From: a virus | Strand: one strand, 5' to 3' | IMG/VR virus record: IMGVR_UViG_3300025413_001393 | Coordinates: 61,103 to 125,102 of that record | DNA length: 64,000 bases | Part shown: piece after piece, positions 1 through 8,380 of the stretch | How positions within the stretch are numbered: the stretch's first letter is position 1 | Layout of the letters: each line of letters opens with the position of its first letter | Position numbers and translations under genes: made by a program | The notes under the pieces: generated by a model | Databases searched by the model: none | What the model was told of the DNA's origin: nothing | What the model saw: the letters and a program-made list of their open reading frames with translations, nothing else

Positions 1-126
1 CTCAATAACTACTGTCCAAGCACGTGGATCCCCTATAGCATAATCCGTAAAAACTTTATGAGATACGTAACCCGAATCACGAAGTCTCTTTAGAAAGTAA
101 CCAAGAGTTGTAAGTTTGTTTGCCAT
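1..126 (-). CDS. hypothetical protein, partial (runs off window)
   Basis: ATG at 126 gives MANKLTTLGYFLKRLRDSGY... open to position 1; not in ORF track. Confidence 0.6.
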   Translation of the reverse strand, partial: MANKLTTLGYFLKRLRDSGYVSHKVFTDYAIGDPRAWTVVIE

Positions 127-145
127 ATAGAAGTAATTAGTAAAA

Positions 146-862
146 CTACTTTACAAGTCCAGAAATAATATATTTTGTATGAGGAGTTTCAAACTTAAAG
201 ATTTTAAGCTGATGATTAATGCTAACACAAATTCTATCATCAACAAAACTCATAAGCAAAATGTTTTGTATGTTCAATGGAATTGCCTCCTTTAGAGGTT
301 CCAGAGTATGAGAAGCTGCAACTTCTATTTTAATCTCGTTTGTATTGCATTTTTGATCGTCTCCAATCTTAGCAAAAACTTTTCCTGCTTCTGTATAAAA
401 ATACAACTTTTCAGCATCAGGAATAATAGAATTGTATTTTAAAATTTCCGACAATTTAGCTTTTGTAATCTCAAAACTCGTGTCGTAAGTTATTTTGTTT
501 AACTTGTCTTCACTAAAAGCTCTATTATTACTAATATAGTTGTCATCAAGAAGATGATATTTGAATGACAAAGTAGAGCTTTTATATTCAACTATATTAG
601 AATTAAATTCCAAAAAAACTTCATCTTCTTCAATACCTGAAATTAAACGAAGGAATGTTTTTGTTTCAGGAATGATAATTTTTGCATTTTCACTCACATG
701 GGAGCACACAAGAGAAGCAAAAAGAATAATAGAATTATCTGTCGAAGGGACTAAAACTTTTAACTCATCAGTATTAATATCTAAACAAACGTTATCGGAT
801 AACTTGCTAGAAGGAACTAAAATATTTTCGACAAATATTCTTTTATTAAATTTGATATTCAT
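146..862 (-). CDS. probable sliding clamp (T4 gp45-like)
   Basis: 238 aa, beta-rich pattern and size match gp45; lies at end of replication module; no diagnostic motif. Confidence 0.5.
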   Translation of the reverse strand: MNIKFNKRIFVENILVPSSKLSDNVCLDINTDELKVLVPSTDNSIILFASLVCSHVSENAKIIIPETKTFLRLISGIEEDEVFLEFNSNIVEYKSSTLSFKYHLLDDNYISNNRAFSEDKLNKITYDTSFEITKAKLSEILKYNSIIPDAEKLYFYTEAGKVFAKIGDDQKCNTNEIKIEVAASHTLEPLKEAIPLNIQNILLMSFVDDRICVSINHQLKIFKFETPHTKYIISGLVK

Positions 863-1374
863 TCTGCTACAGTCGACTTGGATTTCTTAGAAGGTACGTT
901 TGCATTTTCTAAAGCATTTGCAATTCTCTCTAAGCTCTTGCTAATCATTTCAATATGCTTAATGACAGAACTAGCTTCGACGTTATTACTATTACCAAAG
1001 AAATCTGCAAACGTAAGTTGATCAGACTCTTCGCGTGTAATAGCAGGAGTTACAGGTTGGTTTAACTGATGTGTAATAACTTGAGGAGTTCTTTGCTGAA
1101 CAGGTTGAGGAGGAACAACATATTGAGGCTCAGGCTCTTCTTTTGGATAAGACATTTCTGCTTCTCTCTGAACTGCTTCGAGAATCCTTCTCTCGTCATC
1201 TCTCAAATTAGCTGATGATCTTTGTCCGTTCGACGACAAAAATTGTTTAGGATTAAGTCTAGTAGCTGGCCCAGACATAGAAGCTTGTTGAGTAGTATTT
1301 TGATCTACTCTCAACAATTCACTACCAAATATTTGAGCTACCTTTGCTGCTGCTAATTTATCTTCTGTTATCAT
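859..1374 (-). CDS. hypothetical protein (Q/P-rich linker)
   Basis: 171-aa ORF, 4-nt overlap with next gene. Confidence 0.6.
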   Translation of the reverse strand: MITEDKLAAAKVAQIFGSELLRVDQNTTQQASMSGPATRLNPKQFLSSNGQRSSANLRDDERRILEAVQREAEMSYPKEEPEPQYVVPPQPVQQRTPQVITHQLNQPVTPAITREESDQLTFADFFGNSNNVEASSVIKHIEMISKSLERIANALENANVPSKKSKSTVAE

Positions 1375-1375
1375 A

Positions 1376-2377
1376 TTATTTTAAACCGTTTTGTATACCT
1401 TTGCAAATTACTGCAGTAGCTGACCACGGATGCAAACTCTCCAAATGGTCTGTTACGATACTAAAATCTAAAACTTTACCGTTGCTATACAACTCATCCA
1501 ACCCTTCGTATAGAAGGCGAATCGCATCCTCAGTAAAAAGCAAATTAGAACCATTCAATTCAGCAAATGCTTGCTCATCTCTACGCTTGCAAATAATCAC
1601 AACCTCAGTAGGAACTTTTGTTCGAGCCATTTCAATAATGTCTTCAATGTATACAACATTCTTAGGATCAAATTGAATTGTGATCTTAGCAATAGAACGT
1701 TGACTGTGACCATTTGCTGCCTGTCCTCGCTTGTTAGTTGCATCTTGTGCTAGCTCAAAAGAACAAGGGCATGTTGAACTATAAACATAATCAACAGTCA
1801 AGTAAAACTTGTATTCTGTTCCATGCTTTTGACCTTCAAGAATGCAATTATAATAAATGTAACCTTCAGCCTTTTCGTGACTTAGTTTTACTCCATCAAC
1901 AATTTTAAATACATCGCTATCTGGGGCATTGTCAGGCAACTCCTTACGAGTACGAAGAGCCCTTTGCGTCCACGGATATTTAAACTTCATCTTGCAGTAT
2001 ACATCCTTCGACCCTTGCTTGCTTTGAAGCACATCAAGAATATGAGTAATACCTTCAATAGAAACGTGATTAGCAATCTGCTCGTGCATTACAATAGGAA
2101 ACCTGCTAAGGTTCAATCCTTTTGCATTTGGATTATCTAAAGATCCATACAGCGAAACGGTAGCAGTTAACTTTTCAATCGAACCATCTCGACGAATAAA
2201 ATTAACAGGAAGATCTACACCTGATACACCTACTTTATTGATAGGCACACGAGCTCCAGGAAGAACCGGATCCACTTGAGGATCCGGTAAATCTGCATCT
2301 TCGGGATAATATGTCTCGTCGTACTTAAAATTCAGACGAGGCATATGAGCTGTATAATCGTTATAATGATAAGACAT
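1376..2377 (-). CDS. folE2: GTP cyclohydrolase IB (FolE2/MptA family)
   Basis: INKVGV, KGLNLSRF, SSTCPCS, HSQRS, DEQAFAE..NLLFTEDAIR, HLESLH motifs. Confidence 0.92.
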   Translation of the reverse strand: MSYHYNDYTAHMPRLNFKYDETYYPEDADLPDPQVDPVLPGARVPINKVGVSGVDLPVNFIRRDGSIEKLTATVSLYGSLDNPNAKGLNLSRFPIVMHEQIANHVSIEGITHILDVLQSKQGSKDVYCKMKFKYPWTQRALRTRKELPDNAPDSDVFKIVDGVKLSHEKAEGYIYYNCILEGQKHGTEYKFYLTVDYVYSSTCPCSFELAQDATNKRGQAANGHSQRSIAKITIQFDPKNVVYIEDIIEMARTKVPTEVVIICKRRDEQAFAELNGSNLLFTEDAIRLLYEGLDELYSNGKVLDFSIVTDHLESLHPWSATAVICKGIQNGLK

Positions 2378-2383
2378 AAAAAT

Positions 2384-2412
2384 AATATACTACACTTTAG
2401 AGTCTATGTCAA
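2384..2412 (-). promoter_or_regulatory. sigma70-type early promoter of folE2
   Basis: TTGACA-N17-TATATT, ATG 6 nt downstream of the -10 box. Confidence 0.65.
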
Positions 2413-2418
2413 TAACTA

Positions 2419-3312
2419 TTACAGATCAGCAAGAAGTTTCTTTAGTTTTTCGTCAGTAGATTCGTTAAGATCAACTTCGTTAGTAGAAGGTTGATAATCA
2501 GTTTCTGTTTCCGAAGGAACAGATGTTGTGTTGTAAGTAGTTTCCTCTTCGTCCTCTTCTTGAGGAGCAGACGAACCAGTCGTAAGATTAAAGTAATGCT
2601 CGTCGAGCAAACGCTGCATATCAGCAGGCGTAGTACTCTTATCTACAGCAGTTAGATCATGTACGGAGTCATATACTTTTGCAATATCGACATCGATCTT
2701 AGATGGAGACAAGAACTTAGAAGAAGCATACGTAACCATCATCTTAGAACTCTTTGCTCCACCTGCTCGTACCTCACACTTAATGCGAAGAGTGCAACCA
2801 CCCTCGACATCAAACACCTTCTCGACACCAAACTCAGCAGCATCATCTCCCTCAAGAGCACTGTCAATAATCTTGGCAAGCTCCTTACCATAACGAAGAA
2901 TCTTAACCTGACCTTCGTTTGCCCGATTAGTAGGATCCTCAATGACGTACACATTAGTCATCCAGGATGTCTTACGAGATAGATCAGCTGATGCCTTCTT
3001 CTCGGACTCAGTACCGGTACGATAAGTCTTCAGATAGTAAGTATCGATCGGGCAAGACTCACCAAATGTACCAGGGCAACGGTGAGATACAAACTTGCCA
3101 GTGGAGTTCGAGGTCCAAGCATGGTTAAAGTACTTGAAGATAGACTCAGTAGGAGCCTTAGGATTAGGAACAATACGAAGAAGGTATGTATTACCTGCAG
3201 TGAACTTAAGGATCTCTTTATAGAGACCGTTACCTCCAGCACTCTTCTCAGAGTTGCTAAGAGATTGCTTGATGGCTTCGAACATGGACTTTGTGTTTAC
3301 GGATGTACTCAT
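2419..3312 (-). CDS. single-stranded DNA-binding protein (T4 gp32-like)
   Basis: YLLRIVP, H..W, C-x8-C, RKTSWMTNVYVIEDP.N..NEGQVKI.RYGK, acidic tail ending KLLADL. Confidence 0.88.
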   Translation of the reverse strand: MSTSVNTKSMFEAIKQSLSNSEKSAGGNGLYKEILKFTAGNTYLLRIVPNPKAPTESIFKYFNHAWTSNSTGKFVSHRCPGTFGESCPIDTYYLKTYRTGTESEKKASADLSRKTSWMTNVYVIEDPTNRANEGQVKILRYGKELAKIIDSALEGDDAAEFGVEKVFDVEGGCTLRIKCEVRAGGAKSSKMMVTYASSKFLSPSKIDVDIAKVYDSVHDLTAVDKSTTPADMQRLLDEHYFNLTTGSSAPQEEDEEETTYNTTSVPSETETDYQPSTNEVDLNESTDEKLKKLLADL

Positions 3313-3317
3313 ATGTT

Positions 3318-4001
3318 TTATATTACGTTGGGTTGTTGTTTTGTCAACTGTGAATATACAAAATTACTCACAGTTGGTAAAGCTTTTTTAAGAAAAATTT
3401 TTAATTCAGATGAATTATTGTATTGAAGTTTTAGTTTGTTAAACTGTTCAGCAAAATCACTTACATAAAAGCGACGAACATCTTCAGTAAGACTTTGCAT
3501 AGCAGAAAAGACATCAGGAAATTCCATCATAGCATAAACATTAATTTTGTTTTGCTTGTAGTGAGTCATCCATGTAAACACATCAGATGTTCTGTGTGTA
3601 GAATATTTGTGAAAAGGAATGTTTTGCTCAATACAAAACTTAGCAATAAACTTTAATGATTCTTCTACATGTTTGAGTTGAGAATCTGGATTTTGTATAA
3701 AAATAAGTTTTTTGTACGTAGTGTATGCTTTAACAGCTCTCATGGAAGAAAAGTATTCCAGGTCAAAATATTCAACATCAGGATACAATTTGTATGGAGC
3801 TTCAAAATAAGAATCCAGATCAATCTCTGGATGCTTCTTTAAGAAGATAGACAAACGTTTTAGAAATTTGTGTTTGTCTGTATTAGCTATAGCGTCAAAC
3901 GATTTTCTAAATTTGAAAGGTTTGTTTTTAACAGAACGAGATACAGCATAATGCTTATTATAAAGCAACTTTTCTAGTTCTGTCAGATGATTTTTTTCCA
4001 T
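3318..4001 (-). CDS. hypothetical protein, possible gp59-like helicase loader
   Basis: ~227 aa immediately upstream of gp32 as gp59 is in T4; positional inference only. Confidence 0.35.
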   Translation of the reverse strand: MEKNHLTELEKLLYNKHYAVSRSVKNKPFKFRKSFDAIANTDKHKFLKRLSIFLKKHPEIDLDSYFEAPYKLYPDVEYFDLEYFSSMRAVKAYTTYKKLIFIQNPDSQLKHVEESLKFIAKFCIEQNIPFHKYSTHRTSDVFTWMTHYKQNKINVYAMMEFPDVFSAMQSLTEDVRRFYVSDFAEQFNKLKLQYNNSSELKIFLKKALPTVSNFVYSQLTKQQPNVI

Positions 4002-4296
4002 TTGCCTTTCTAACAATAGATTTGGTGAACTTTGATTTTACTAGATTTGGATGAAGATACAACAAAGATAATATAGATTCTTTGAATGAATCTGAAGACG
4101 TAATTTCGGTAAAAAAATCTTGATAGGTGGTGTCTTCTAAGAGCAACACAAACAAAGTTGTAACATTAATTTTTTTGTTTTCTAAAATTGATATTAGAGA
4201 TCCTGCTTTTAATACTCCGTCTATAAATTCTCTCGATTTAATTCTATCAAGAGGATTTGCTGTTGAGTTGTCTAGCTCCAGACCTGGAAAAATCAT
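3958..4296 (-). CDS. hypothetical protein, possible gp33-like late co-activator
   Basis: 112 aa, position matches T4 order 33-59-32; TAAATA upstream; positional inference only. Confidence 0.3.
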   Translation of the reverse strand: MIFPGLELDNSTANPLDRIKSREFIDGVLKAGSLISILENKKINVTTLFVLLLEDTTYQDFFTEITSSDSFKESILSLLYLHPNLVKSKFTKSIVRKANGKKSSDRTRKVAL

Positions 4297-4314
4297 GTTA
4301 GGAATATTTAATTC

Positions 4315-5187
4315 CTATTCCAAAGGTTTCAACATTTTTGTAAATTCAATAAATTCGTCAGTAAGATTACCTCCAGCTGCTGCTGCATGTCCTCCACCAT
4401 TTGCAATTCGTTGAACAAACTTAGACACATCGACAGTATGGTTTTTAGAATTTCTTCTTACAGCAATACGTTTTTGTTCAACCAATACAGCAATAACAAC
4501 ATCAACGTCGTATTTTTTGAAAATGTAGTCACAACATTCAGCAACATAGTTATCACAAAATACAGCACTTACAGTTACAGGTTCTTCTTCAAATACAAAT
4601 TTACCAAAGAAAGGCTTTAGTGTTTTTAAATATTGATCTCTATTTTTCTTGTATATAGAAATAATATTAGTTTTAAACTTATCAAAAGGTTTAAACCCGT
4701 CGTAATAATCTTCAATAAATGATTGTATTTTGTTGTTTGTGTTATGATATACAATATTAAGTTCTTCTGACAAAGGTGTCGCGTTTGTATTAGAATCGTA
4801 ATCGTCAGCTAATGTAATAAGAGTTTTTTTGGCTATCGATATATCTTTGTCTTTCAAGTAATTTAAGTAAATTAACTTTGCACACGACGTAAAGTTTACA
4901 ACAGTATTTTTTGCATGTTTGTACGGATAGATATTTGTTTTGTGGTGATCAATAATTGTAACATTTTCTCTATCAATCAACGATCCAACTTTGGATACAT
5001 CTAAATCTAAAAAGTACATAGGTACATTTTTATCATGAGTTTCCATAATTTTTGCTACATCAGCTTCAAGTTTTTTTGGTGTCGTACCGTATAGTCTAAC
5101 CTTTTTATTCAAAGCCCAGCACATAGCTAGGTAAGAAACTATGCCGTCAAGATCAATATGAGATATAATAATTGGTTCAGGATTCAT
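4315..5187 (-). CDS. DHH/DHHA1 family phosphoesterase
   Basis: SHIDLDG, FLDL, IIDHH and GGGHAAAAG motifs. Confidence 0.88.
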   Translation of the reverse strand: MNPEPIIISHIDLDGIVSYLAMCWALNKKVRLYGTTPKKLEADVAKIMETHDKNVPMYFLDLDVSKVGSLIDRENVTIIDHHKTNIYPYKHAKNTVVNFTSCAKLIYLNYLKDKDISIAKKTLITLADDYDSNTNATPLSEELNIVYHNTNNKIQSFIEDYYDGFKPFDKFKTNIISIYKKNRDQYLKTLKPFFGKFVFEEEPVTVSAVFCDNYVAECCDYIFKKYDVDVVIAVLVEQKRIAVRRNSKNHTVDVSKFVQRIANGGGHAAAAGGNLTDEFIEFTKMLKPLE

Positions 5188-6538
5188 TGGAAATTGTGTT
5201 TAAAGCGTCTTCAACTCCTCTAACAACGTTGTCGGTAGATGGAGAGTCTTCTTCAAAATAGTCTGGATTAGTTTCTTTTAAAGTCAACGTATGATAGTTA
5301 CAACGGAAGGCTCCTGAACCGTAATTCGGACCAAAACGATTCTTTTGCATACCCATATTAATAATACCAAGTTCTCTATCTTCTGGCTCTTGCCATAGTG
5401 AACAAATAACATCACAAGTAGCAGCAAGACCAATACTTTCAGAAATACCTTCCATGCCAGGACTTGCAGTATTAAATGATCCTCGATTGAGTTGAGTTGC
5501 ACTTACAACAGGTAATCCATGCTTAAACGATAAAGCTCTTAAATGTTCGCAAATTTCTTTTACTGATTCATACGAATTAAGATTTTTTGCAATCGGATGA
5601 ATAAGATTAACATAATCTATTACAATAATATCTGGAACAAATCCTTTATGTTTGAGCTTAGTTATAAAAGCATCGATCTGTCTTACTGTAACCGTTTTTG
5701 GAGGATACTCTTTAATAATCAACCGACTGTTCAAATTCTTTTTTATGCCTTCCAAACTTTCTTTAAGTTCGTTAGTATACGATTTCAGATCGTTATGAGG
5801 AATTTGAGTAAGCTGAGTGCTAATACGTTTTGCATACATAAACTCAGACATTTCGAGTGTAACAAGCAAGACGTTTTTATTAGCAAGTACCATATTAGCT
5901 GCAACGTTTCCGAGAACAATTGATTTACCAACATTTACTTGTCCAGCAAACACCACAAGAGTTTTAGGAAACAAACCACCTTCGCATTTGTCATCAAAGA
6001 ATTTCCAGCCAGTTGGTATAGGCTTATACGTTGCAACTAATTCTTTAACATGTTTCTCAATATCTTCAAAGTACCAATGACCAAGATTTTCAGATAATGT
6101 AATGTTATAAGCTTGCTCAAATTCTTGAAGAGCATCTTCGATTCTAAAAGAATCTTCAGAAAATTTATCAGCTACATTAAGAATAGTTTTGTAAATAAAC
6201 CGCTCCTTAAGAAACCTTTCTGTATTAATAACTAATTCATCTTTGTTGAATGATGTCTCAAGTTGAGATAATTTGCTCTTAACATCTGCTAAGGCTTTTC
6301 TGTCCTCATCAGAGGTCATACGAGCTTTAATTTCTGTTAGTGTAGGAACTGACCCTCGCTGAGTAAAAAACTGATTTATGCCCGTTATAACGCGTGCAAT
6401 GCTCTTGTCTACAAACAGCGCAGGATCTAGATAATTAACAATAGATGCAAGATATTCTTGATCCGAAAGAGCATTCAGTAGAATAATGTTCTCAAAATAA
6501 TCCAAGTCAAGCTTGGGAAGCGGTGCAGGTTTAGTCAT
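5177..6538 (-). CDS. replicative DnaB-like helicase (T4 gp41)
   Basis: Walker A AGQVNVGKS, VTLEMSE, IVIDYVNL, SATQLNR, KNRFG; ATG at 6538 overlaps uvsX stop (ATGACTAA). Confidence 0.93.
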   Translation of the reverse strand: MTKPAPLPKLDLDYFENIILLNALSDQEYLASIVNYLDPALFVDKSIARVITGINQFFTQRGSVPTLTEIKARMTSDEDRKALADVKSKLSQLETSFNKDELVINTERFLKERFIYKTILNVADKFSEDSFRIEDALQEFEQAYNITLSENLGHWYFEDIEKHVKELVATYKPIPTGWKFFDDKCEGGLFPKTLVVFAGQVNVGKSIVLGNVAANMVLANKNVLLVTLEMSEFMYAKRISTQLTQIPHNDLKSYTNELKESLEGIKKNLNSRLIIKEYPPKTVTVRQIDAFITKLKHKGFVPDIIVIDYVNLIHPIAKNLNSYESVKEICEHLRALSFKHGLPVVSATQLNRGSFNTASPGMEGISESIGLAATCDVICSLWQEPEDRELGIINMGMQKNRFGPNYGSGAFRCNYHTLTLKETNPDYFEEDSPSTDNVVRGVEDALNTISNES

Positions 6539-7670
6539 CCGCTTCAGTATCATCTAACTCCGCATCAACGTCAATGTTAATTTCGTTCTTAAACGAGAGC
6601 TCCGTCTTAAGCTTTTCTTCAAGAGTAGGAAGAATCTTAGCCCAGACTGACTCATCGTCTTTCCAGTCCTTAAAGAAACCAAGTGTCTCTCCATTGAGAA
6701 CATAACGATGACCAGCCTTTTCGAGGACTCCGTAACCTTCAGCCATCTCCAGTAGTCCTGAATACTTGTTCAAGCCAGTCTTAAAGTTGAGATACAACTC
6801 GGTCTCAAGGAAAGGAGCTACAAAACGATTCTTTGTAGTAAGAGTGCGAAGAGTCATTCCATTAATACCTTTTGACAAAAAGGTGGTTTCGGTGTTTGAA
6901 TCTTTATTCTTACTATCCTCAGTCTTTTCAGTCTTCTTAGCCATCTGCACAATGACCGAAGCCATGTAAAGAGGACCAGAACCACCTGCTTGCTTCTTGA
7001 TAGCCGAAGGATGAAGCTGTGAAGGATCATCGTAAATATGGTTTGTAAAAATTACAGGACAATTAGCTTTTGCTGCAGAATGTGTAATTGCTCTCATCAA
7101 ACTCTTAAGAGCTTTAGCTCTGTTACCCATATCAAGAGTATCAGTACCTTCTTCAATCTTCTTCTTTTCTTGTGTAGTAATAAGATTACCAAGCGAATCA
7201 ATTACGATGAGAACCTGACCTTGCAAATTGTTTGCAATGATGGAATTTAAAAATTGAACAATTTCATTCCTGCATTGTTCTGTAATCTCAGATGGAACGT
7301 GTTTAATCTTTGAAGTGTCACAACCAAGTCGCTTGGCTGTAGCTTCATCTAGTGCACCTTCAGTATCAAAGTATGCAATATACATTCCTTTCTTCTGAGC
7401 GTTGGCCATAATCTTATTAGCCATAAGTGTCTTGCCACACGACTCCGGTCCTACAAAACCAGTCAAACGTCCCATAGGAACACCGCCAAAAAGTGATCCT
7501 GAAATAATTGCATTAAGAGCATACGAGCCCGTATCAATCCAACTTACAACTGATGAAAGACTGTTATCGTTAAGAGATGCTGCTGATGGATTAAGATTTT
7601 CCAAAACCTTAAAAGCATCTGCAATAGAACCTTTAATACCATTTGTCTCGTCGTTTTTTTGTTTAGCCAT
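6531..7670 (-). CDS. uvsX: UvsX/RecA-like recombinase
   Basis: DTGSYALN, GPESCGKT, FDTE, IVIDSLGNL, NHIY, GGSG..Y.AS, KNRF. Confidence 0.92.
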   Translation of the reverse strand: MAKQKNDETNGIKGSIADAFKVLENLNPSAASLNDNSLSSVVSWIDTGSYALNAIISGSLFGGVPMGRLTGFVGPESCGKTLMANKIMANAQKKGMYIAYFDTEGALDEATAKRLGCDTSKIKHVPSEITEQCRNEIVQFLNSIIANNLQGQVLIVIDSLGNLITTQEKKKIEEGTDTLDMGNRAKALKSLMRAITHSAAKANCPVIFTNHIYDDPSQLHPSAIKKQAGGSGPLYMASVIVQMAKKTEKTEDSKNKDSNTETTFLSKGINGMTLRTLTTKNRFVAPFLETELYLNFKTGLNKYSGLLEMAEGYGVLEKAGHRYVLNGETLGFFKDWKDDESVWAKILPTLEEKLKTELSFKNEINIDVDAELDDTEADD

Positions 7671-7708
7671 ATAGAGTATTATGAGTCAAATATACTTTTT
7701 TACAACAC

Positions 7709-7750
7709 AAAAAAAGCTCCTTGGAAGGTTTAATTCCCAAGGAGCTTTTA
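7709..7750 (-). terminator. intrinsic terminator
   Basis: AGCTCCTTGG/CCAAGGAGCT 10-bp stem followed by T run on minus strand. Confidence 0.85.
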
Positions 7751-7762
7751 GAGTTGTTTATC

Positions 7763-8134
7763 TTAGCTTTCGGAATCGAACAGCTTGACGACTGGAGCCT
7801 CCTCTGCCGTTTCTGCTGGAGCTACGACGGGAGCAAACAACTGGTTGTATTGATTGACAAACTGATCAACAAAAACAATCGAGTCAGCAAATGTAATGCT
7901 GTCCTTCTTGTAATGCCAAACAGTTGCAACATTCCGATCAGCCTGAAACTCTCTGAAAAACAGAGGAAGGATCTGAAGCTGGATCTGACCAGTCTGAACG
8001 TTTGGTTGTACTGCTACAAGAGCAGGGTTTTCTACAGATACGGTTGTGTCGTCTTGGGTGACGGCCTTTCCGATGATTGTTCTTCCGATTGTGTCAAGAA
8101 AAACTACTAGGTTGGTATTTGTGTTTTCACTCAT
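7763..8134 (-). CDS. hypothetical protein
   Basis: 123 aa from ATG 8134 (MSENTNTNLVVFLD...), acidic tail. Confidence 0.65.
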   Translation of the reverse strand: MSENTNTNLVVFLDTIGRTIIGKAVTQDDTTVSVENPALVAVQPNVQTGQIQLQILPLFFREFQADRNVATVWHYKKDSITFADSIVFVDQFVNQYNQLFAPVVAPAETAEEAPVVKLFDSES

Positions 8135-8141
8135 ATTACAT

Positions 8142-8378
8142 TTATAACTTACGACCTTTTTTTTCGTTTTCAACAGAAAAAAGATAATCAAATAAATATT
8201 TTTCTCCTTCAGGAGTTAATAACACTCTATCGTTAGATGTGATCCAGGCAACATCGTTCATACACAACGCTATAAGAATATCTCTGTGCAAGTCATTGTT
8301 TGTGAAGTCTTCAACGGTATAATCATCGGACAACAAGGACTTAAGAACTTTAAAGACATCTTTCTTGTATGCTGCCAT
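8142..8378 (-). CDS. hypothetical protein
   Basis: 78-aa ORF tightly packed after polymerase. Confidence 0.55.
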   Translation of the reverse strand: MAAYKKDVFKVLKSLLSDDYTVEDFTNNDLHRDILIALCMNDVAWITSNDRVLLTPEGEKYLFDYLFSVENEKKGRKL

Positions 8379-8380
8379 TA

